This document shows, piece after piece, positions 58,678 to 64,000 of a DNA stretch of 64,000 nucleotides. The notes below the pieces were generated by a model that worked only from the letters and a program-made list of their open reading frames with translations, had not been told where the DNA came from and did no database searches. The stretch spans positions 115,328-179,327 of the forward strand of contig MFOC01000004.1 of the NCBI GenBank assembly GCA_001782235.1, read 5' to 3'. A program made the position numbers and the translations under genes. Numbering within the stretch: the stretch's first letter is position 1; each line of letters opens with the position of its first letter. The DNA is from Candidatus Levybacteria bacterium RIFCSPHIGHO2_02_FULL_40_18. Its GTDB lineage: Bacteria; Patescibacteriota; Microgenomatia; Levybacterales; GWA1-39-11.

Positions 58678-61032
58678 ATGCAGTATTATAGTTCGGGTCC
58701 GCGTTCAAGAAGATTAAGGTTTCAAAGATCCTCCCTTAGACTCCTCATTTTAAGTCGCCTCACAAGGTATATTTTCTTGGGGCTGATTGGAGGAATTGTT
58801 TTGTTTTTTCTCTACTTTTTGTGGGCTTCGCGAGATCTCCCCACTCCGGGAAAACTTGCCGGCAGCGATATAAAAGATTCGACCAAAATCCTTGATAGAA
58901 ACGGCGTTGTGCTCTACTCCATATTCAAGGACTATAATCGTCTATATGTTCCACTAAAAGACGTTCCCACAGATTTGAAAGAAGCGACAATTTCAATTGA
59001 GGATAAGGATTTCTATACAAATAAAGGGTTTTCTGTGACTGGATTAATTAGAGGCTTATTGATAGACCCTATTTTAAAAAGTCGAGTTTCAGGTGGTTCA
59101 ACCATTACCCAGCAGTTGGTCAAAAATGTGCTTTTGACGCCGGAGAGAAGTATCGCAAGAAAAATGAAAGAGCTGATATTGGCGATTCAAGTAGATCAAA
59201 GGTTCTCAAAAGACGAGATTCTTGAGATGTACCTGAATAATGTTGCCTACGGAGGAACAGCAGTTGGTGTTGAGGCTGCAGCCAATCTCTACTTTGGCAA
59301 ACACGCAAAAGAACTTAATCTTGCGCAGTCTGCATTCTTGGCAGGCCTTCCGCAGGCGCCCTCAATCTATTCGCCATTTGTGGGGAAGGATAAGGCATAT
59401 ATTGCGCGAACAAAGGATGTCTTGCGAAGAATGAGAGAGGACGGGAAGATCACCCGAAAAGAGGAACAAGGAGCTTTCAAAGAAGTCGAGAGCTTTACAT
59501 TCACCCAAAAACAGGGGAATCTTAAGGCGCCTCACTTTGTGCAGTATATTCGCGAACAATTGGTGAAATTGTACGGTGAAGCGGTTGTTGAAAACGGAAA
59601 CCTAACGGTTGTTACAACACTTGACTATGAGATCCAAAAAAACGCAGAAGATATAGTATTTGAGGAAATTGAAAAAATTGAAAAATATGACGTTGGGAAT
59701 GGTGCGGCTATTGTGATGGATCCTAAAGCAGGCAGCATTTTGGCTATGGTCGGAAGCCGCGATTATTTTGACACAGAGCATGAAGGGAATTTCAATGCTG
59801 CAATAGCTCACCGGCAACCCGGATCGGCATTAAAGCCAATCATGTACGCAACGGCCTTTGAAAAAGGATACACACCGGCAACTCTACTCATGGATCTAAA
59901 AACCGAATTTCCGACCAACGTCCCTGGGCAAAAAGACTATATTCCCGTTAATTACGACGGGAAATACCGCGGCCCAATGCAGGTAAGATTTGCTCTGGGA
60001 AACTCCGAAAATGTACCTGCGGTCAAAATGCTTGCTCGTGTAGGTATAAAGCCTGTCATGCAAAAGGCATATGATATGGGTATTGAAAACTGGAAGCCGA
60101 CACAGGAAAATCTTAATAATGTTGGGTTGTCTTTGGTTCTTGGCGGTCGCGAGATAACGCTTGTTGAAATGGCGACTGCTTACTCTACCTTTGCCAACAA
60201 GGGGGTAAAAAAAGAAGCTTTTTCAATTGACGAGGTAAAGGATAGAAAAGGAAAAACAATTTACAAGCACAAAGATCAAAAAGGCGTAAAAGTTCTATCG
60301 GAAGAAGTTGCATTTTTAATTTCCCATATTCTTTTGGACAATAATGCCCGATCTGAGGTTTTTGGGACGAACTCGTTACTAAATATTGCCGGCCGAACAG
60401 TTTCCGTAAAAACCGGAACTACAGATTCAAAGCGAGACAACTGGGCTGTCGGATATACACCATCTTTTGTTGTTGCTTCTTGGGTTGGTAACAATGACAA
60501 TACTCCCATGCATCCAACAATTGCTTCGGGCGTAACAGGTGCAACACCAATTTGGAGAAGGATTACGCAATTTGTTTTGAAGGGGAAACCTGATGAAAGA
60601 TTCGGCGAACCGCAAAGTGTTGTCGCCATGCAAATCGATGCTTTTTCAGGAGGACTGCCGCGGGATGGTCAACCAACAAGGAGCGAATATTTCCTAAAAG
60701 GGACTGAACCTACAACAAATGCCGTTATTTATAAAAAAGTTAAATTGTCAAAACATCAAGGCGGAAAACTTGCGAATGAAGAGGAGATAAAGCGTGGAGA
60801 CTATGATGTAAAAGAATATATTGTTTTTGAAGAGCAGGATCCGGTTTCACGAGATGGGCGCAATCGCTGGCAGGACGCAATAAATAATTGGATTAACGAA
60901 GCCCACCCTGGAGACGATCTCTACCGCCCTCCAACAGAAGTCTCGGATCACAAATACGAACCTGAAGAAACACCAACGCCAACAATTTCGATTACACCAA
61001 CTTCGTCTTTAACCCCAACCACGGTCCCATAA
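58678..61032 (+). CDS. class A penicillin-binding protein (transglycosylase + transpeptidase), PBP1A-like
   Basis: GT51 motifs EDKDFYTNKG and GGSTITQQLVKN. Transpeptidase SALKP (SxxK) and KTGTT. Confidence 0.85.
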   Translation: MQYYSSGPRSRRLRFQRSSLRLLILSRLTRYIFLGLIGGIVLFFLYFLWASRDLPTPGKLAGSDIKDSTKILDRNGVVLYSIFKDYNRLYVPLKDVPTDLKEATISIEDKDFYTNKGFSVTGLIRGLLIDPILKSRVSGGSTITQQLVKNVLLTPERSIARKMKELILAIQVDQRFSKDEILEMYLNNVAYGGTAVGVEAAANLYFGKHAKELNLAQSAFLAGLPQAPSIYSPFVGKDKAYIARTKDVLRRMREDGKITRKEEQGAFKEVESFTFTQKQGNLKAPHFVQYIREQLVKLYGEAVVENGNLTVVTTLDYEIQKNAEDIVFEEIEKIEKYDVGNGAAIVMDPKAGSILAMVGSRDYFDTEHEGNFNAAIAHRQPGSALKPIMYATAFEKGYTPATLLMDLKTEFPTNVPGQKDYIPVNYDGKYRGPMQVRFALGNSENVPAVKMLARVGIKPVMQKAYDMGIENWKPTQENLNNVGLSLVLGGREITLVEMATAYSTFANKGVKKEAFSIDEVKDRKGKTIYKHKDQKGVKVLSEEVAFLISHILLDNNARSEVFGTNSLLNIAGRTVSVKTGTTDSKRDNWAVGYTPSFVVASWVGNNDNTPMHPTIASGVTGATPIWRRITQFVLKGKPDERFGEPQSVVAMQIDAFSGGLPRDGQPTRSEYFLKGTEPTTNAVIYKKVKLSKHQGGKLANEEEIKRGDYDVKEYIVFEEQDPVSRDGRNRWQDAINNWINEAHPGDDLYRPPTEVSDHKYEPEETPTPTISITPTSSLTPTTVP

Positions 61033-61056
61033 TAGGTTATCTTAGAACATCTTCTA

Positions 61057-61830
61057 AAACACCTTCGGGGTGTCTCTCGATGGCACCTGACGTTTTATTT
61101 AAACCCAACCACTTTCATAGTCTAATAGGAGATGTTTTATTTGGTCAATTTTTTTTGCGTAATCAATATGATCTAGAACAAACTGTTTATAGCTATTTTT
61201 TGTTTCGAATTGATCAAGGATGACTTCCTTTTGACAAACCTCGTTATTAATAGAATTAATATATTCTGGATAGGACGACCATCTATATGTTTCCAAGTTT
61301 TTTGTTACAAAACCGATTAACGGATTTAAATGAATGTAACGTCCAAGATGAAGAAGTTGTTCGTTTGATTCGACATGAACTGCTTTAAAATCTCCCTGGA
61401 GAATTGGTCCTACTCTATTATTTTTGATATTAAAGTATTTAGTATAGCTATTGCTTATTTTACTGATGAATTCCGAGATTCCCCCATCCGTTACTTGTTT
61501 TAATAGGAAATGGAAATGATTTGGCATAAAACAGTAAGAAATAATATCGACAATTTTTTTAGATGAATCTAATTCATAAGTTTCTGATGTAAACTTTGAG
61601 AATCGTGGTTTTTGATCATCAATTTGATAATAAAGGACGCATTTAAGAAATCTATTATAATCATAGAAATTATTAAAAATTCTCATCTTTGCGACACCGC
61701 GGTTGAATATGTGGTAGTATTCTCCGGTTGCAAGTGGTACTTTTCTTGAGGCCATATTCTAAATAAAGCAAATAATACGCCGGGTGTCAACGGTAAACAC
61801 CTTCGGGGTGTCTTACGATTGCACCCGCAG
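61057..61830 (-). mobile_element. IS200/IS605-like unit: Y1 HUH transposase gene flanked by about 35-bp direct repeats, each with an ACACC-TTCGG-GGTGT hairpin
   Basis: Left copy 61057-61092 (aaacaccttcggggtgtctctcgatggcacctgacg). Right copy 61794-61830 (taaacaccttcggggtgtcttacgattgcacccgcag). About 775 bp in total. Confidence 0.5.
61099..61755 (-). CDS. Y1 HUH-family transposase (IS200/IS605 TnpA / REP-associated tyrosine transposase-like)
   Basis: YHIFNRG N-terminal motif, HUH motif MPNHFHFLL, C-terminal Tyr region RYIHLNP. 218 aa. Confidence 0.65.
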   Translation of the reverse strand: MASRKVPLATGEYYHIFNRGVAKMRIFNNFYDYNRFLKCVLYYQIDDQKPRFSKFTSETYELDSSKKIVDIISYCFMPNHFHFLLKQVTDGGISEFISKISNSYTKYFNIKNNRVGPILQGDFKAVHVESNEQLLHLGRYIHLNPLIGFVTKNLETYRWSSYPEYINSINNEVCQKEVILDQFETKNSYKQFVLDHIDYAKKIDQIKHLLLDYESGWV

Positions 61831-61874
61831 ATTTTGGATAGAGTTTATATGTTGAGTTTGCTGTAGAATTTAGG

Positions 61875-62654
61875 TCACAAGAATTTTTGAATAAATTCGA
61901 TTGTTGCACTGTCTGCTAATTCGGCGTCTTCTTTTCTATTGTGGAGGCCGTGTTCCGCCCCTTTGATAATCACAAGCGAACCATTTTTAACGAGCTTTGA
62001 ATACTTGACGGAATCTTCATAAGGGACGAAAGTATCCTTGTCTCCATGAATGAAAAGTATCGGTATTTCGACTTTCAAAAGTTCTTGCCACGGCGTAAGG
62101 GATTGTATTTTATGCATTAAATTCCTGCCTGCCTTAAACTTTCTCCGTCCAATTTCGGAAAAACCATATTTTTCGGCTCTGTCAAAAGCGAGTTTTCCCC
62201 AGTTTTCTTTTCCCCAAGGAGTCGTTACGTTTATGTGTGAGTCATAATCAATCAAAGAATTCCATAAAATGAGCGCTTTTACAACATCCTTGTGCTTTGG
62301 AATAAAAAATGAAGCTGCACCACCAGCAAAACTTGCCGCGATTAAACCGAATTTGCTAAATGCTTTCGATTCCAGATATTTTACCGCAAATTCGATATCC
62401 TCAGTCTCACCTTTTATCGTTATGTCGACAGAATTCCCTTCGCTTTCTCCGTGCCCACGAAAATCAAATCGAAAAACTGCAAATCCCGCACTTGCTAGCT
62501 TTCTAGCTAATCCTGTAAATATTCCACCTTCATCTTTGTCGACAGTTATTCCGTGGCATAAGATTATGCATTTATTTGTTTTTATGCTTGGATAAGTAAA
62601 GACCCCACAGAGTTTTAGACCATCCGTAGAATCAAAATAAACTTTCTCTTCCAT
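61875..62654 (-). CDS. alpha/beta-fold hydrolase
   Basis: HGITVDKDEGG and FRGHGESEG oxyanion/lid-region motifs, nucleophile-elbow-like AASFAGGAA, C-terminal GAEHGL. Confidence 0.6.
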   Translation of the reverse strand: MEEKVYFDSTDGLKLCGVFTYPSIKTNKCIILCHGITVDKDEGGIFTGLARKLASAGFAVFRFDFRGHGESEGNSVDITIKGETEDIEFAVKYLESKAFSKFGLIAASFAGGAASFFIPKHKDVVKALILWNSLIDYDSHINVTTPWGKENWGKLAFDRAEKYGFSEIGRRKFKAGRNLMHKIQSLTPWQELLKVEIPILFIHGDKDTFVPYEDSVKYSKLVKNGSLVIIKGAEHGLHNRKEDAELADSATIEFIQKFL

Positions 62655-64000
62655 TATGCCGGTTCTGCCTTAAATTTACTTTTCAAAACTGACGTAATTT
62701 TCTCGCGCAAGTTTGTTAGGTCCTCATTAGTTAGATTTTTCTCATAACTCTGGTAGATGATTCTGAAGGTCTTTTTGTTTTGAAAGATATCAAGAAGTGA
62801 AACGTCCTTTATCAGATTGCTCTGCTCGCGTATGTTTCTAACGATTTTTTCATATGGAATTGTTTCATCAATTTCAAAACGTAGGTCCTCGATTGATTCC
62901 GGGAATTTTGAAATAGGTTTATAAACTTTCTTGAGAGTTGCGTACTTAAGAATTGTTTCGAAATCGAACTCAAAGTCAATTAGGTCTTCCTCAAGTTGCT
63001 CAATCTCACCTAAGGAATCCTTGCCAATATATATCGCCGCGCCGAATGCACCACTTTCAGTTGGTTTAAATTCAAAAGCCGAAATTCCAAGATCTTCGAG
63101 TAGGGCCTCTATAATGCCTTTGACATCAAGAAAGGAAGCTTTTGGGTTTTTATCCAGTACCAAACTGGTGCTGGATTTATATATTCCTGCAAGCTTCAGC
63201 TTTTCATCAGGGAGGTTTTTTTGTTTTTTAATATATACATTTGCCAATTCAAACAACTTTAACTCGATTCGACCTTTATTTTCTCTTACCGCCTCAAGTA
63301 AACTTGGGACAAGAGATGTTCTCATGTATACATGATCCGAATCTAAGGGATTTCGAATTGTCACAGCATCGTCAGTTGACACTTCAAGTAAGTCTTCTGA
63401 AAACATGGAGTAAGTGTAAACTTCAGTGAATCCAAAAAACTTTAACGCGTCTTTGACTGTTCTCTCCCAATAGAATTGATTCGTAGCCAAGCTAAAAGGC
63501 TCACCGGTTTCAAAAGCCGGAATTCTGCTTGGCAATTTTTGATAACCATAAATCCTAACGATCTCCTCTATCAAATCCTCTTCAATTTGTACATCATTTA
63601 AGCGCCAGGATGGAACTTTTGCTTTTATATTCGAATCAATTATATTCGTTTGAAAGCCTAAATCTTCCAAAATCTTTTTAGAAGTTTTAAGAGGAATATC
63701 AGTGCCAACAATAGCGTTTATTTTTTGTTCCGAAATAGTTACCGAGATAGACTTTGGTTTGTTTGGATAAATATCCAAGACTTCTGAAATCATTTTGCCA
63801 TCTGCAATCTCCTCCAATAGCTCAACTCCACGAAGAACAGCACCGTATGCTATTTCTGGATCTGCTCCTTTCTCATTTAAGGTTGCAGCCTCGGAACGAA
63901 TAGCAAGACTCATTGATGTTTTTCTAATTCTCACGGGGTTATTATTATCAACGAACAAAAGCACTCTTTTGGTGTTGTCATCAACTGCCGAGTTTAGCGT
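62654..64000 (-). CDS. pheT: phenylalanine--tRNA ligase beta subunit, C-terminal part (ORF runs beyond the window end)
   Basis: B5 and core domains, C-terminal FDX-ACB-like LTNEDLTNLREKITSVLKSKF. The minus-strand frame stays open past position 64000; the track start is a GTG. Confidence 0.7.
   Translation of the reverse strand, partial: TLNSAVDDNTKRVLLFVDNNNPVRIRKTSMSLAIRSEAATLNEKGADPEIAYGAVLRGVELLEEIADGKMISEVLDIYPNKPKSISVTISEQKINAIVGTDIPLKTSKKILEDLGFQTNIIDSNIKAKVPSWRLNDVQIEEDLIEEIVRIYGYQKLPSRIPAFETGEPFSLATNQFYWERTVKDALKFFGFTEVYTYSMFSEDLLEVSTDDAVTIRNPLDSDHVYMRTSLVPSLLEAVRENKGRIELKLFELANVYIKKQKNLPDEKLKLAGIYKSSTSLVLDKNPKASFLDVKGIIEALLEDLGISAFEFKPTESGAFGAAIYIGKDSLGEIEQLEEDLIDFEFDFETILKYATLKKVYKPISKFPESIEDLRFEIDETIPYEKIVRNIREQSNLIKDVSLLDIFQNKKTFRIIYQSYEKNLTNEDLTNLREKITSVLKSKFKAEPA

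Overview
This 64-kb window is AT-rich and gene-dense. Most of it is conserved housekeeping genes: rpsF-ssb-rpsR, cysS, dnaB, efp, yebC, folD, gyrA and gyrB with an H+-pyrophosphatase gene between them, rpsP-KH-trmD, rnc, nusB, rpmF, recG, tyrS, a class A PBP, and part of pheT. A large type IV pilus cluster is present: pilC/pilT/pilB, then pilA, pilD, five further pilin-like genes, and pilM/N/O. The coding pattern suggests a reduced-genome bacterium, perhaps Candidate Phyla Radiation-like, but that is inference. Two tRNA genes, tRNA-Ala(CGC) and tRNA-Leu(CAA), bracket a roughly 5-kb segment. It holds two tandem paralogous P-loop kinase genes, a GT-C membrane glycosyltransferase gene, a secreted Kelch beta-propeller gene and a truncated third kinase copy. 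Elsewhere there is a RelE/Phd toxin-antitoxin pair, an XerC/D-type tyrosine recombinase, and an IS200-like unit: a Y1/HUH transposase gene flanked by about 35-bp hairpin repeats. The most unusual sequence-level signal is a family of short palindromic elements inserted in frame into coding genes (two pilin genes, recG and rluA). Each is flanked by (G/A)TTTA(C) direct repeats. There are also several dispersed AT-rich and GC-rich intergenic repeat families, and a roughly 1-kb ORF-free, hairpin-rich stretch next to the toxin-antitoxin/recombinase locus. No rRNA genes or CRISPR arrays were seen.
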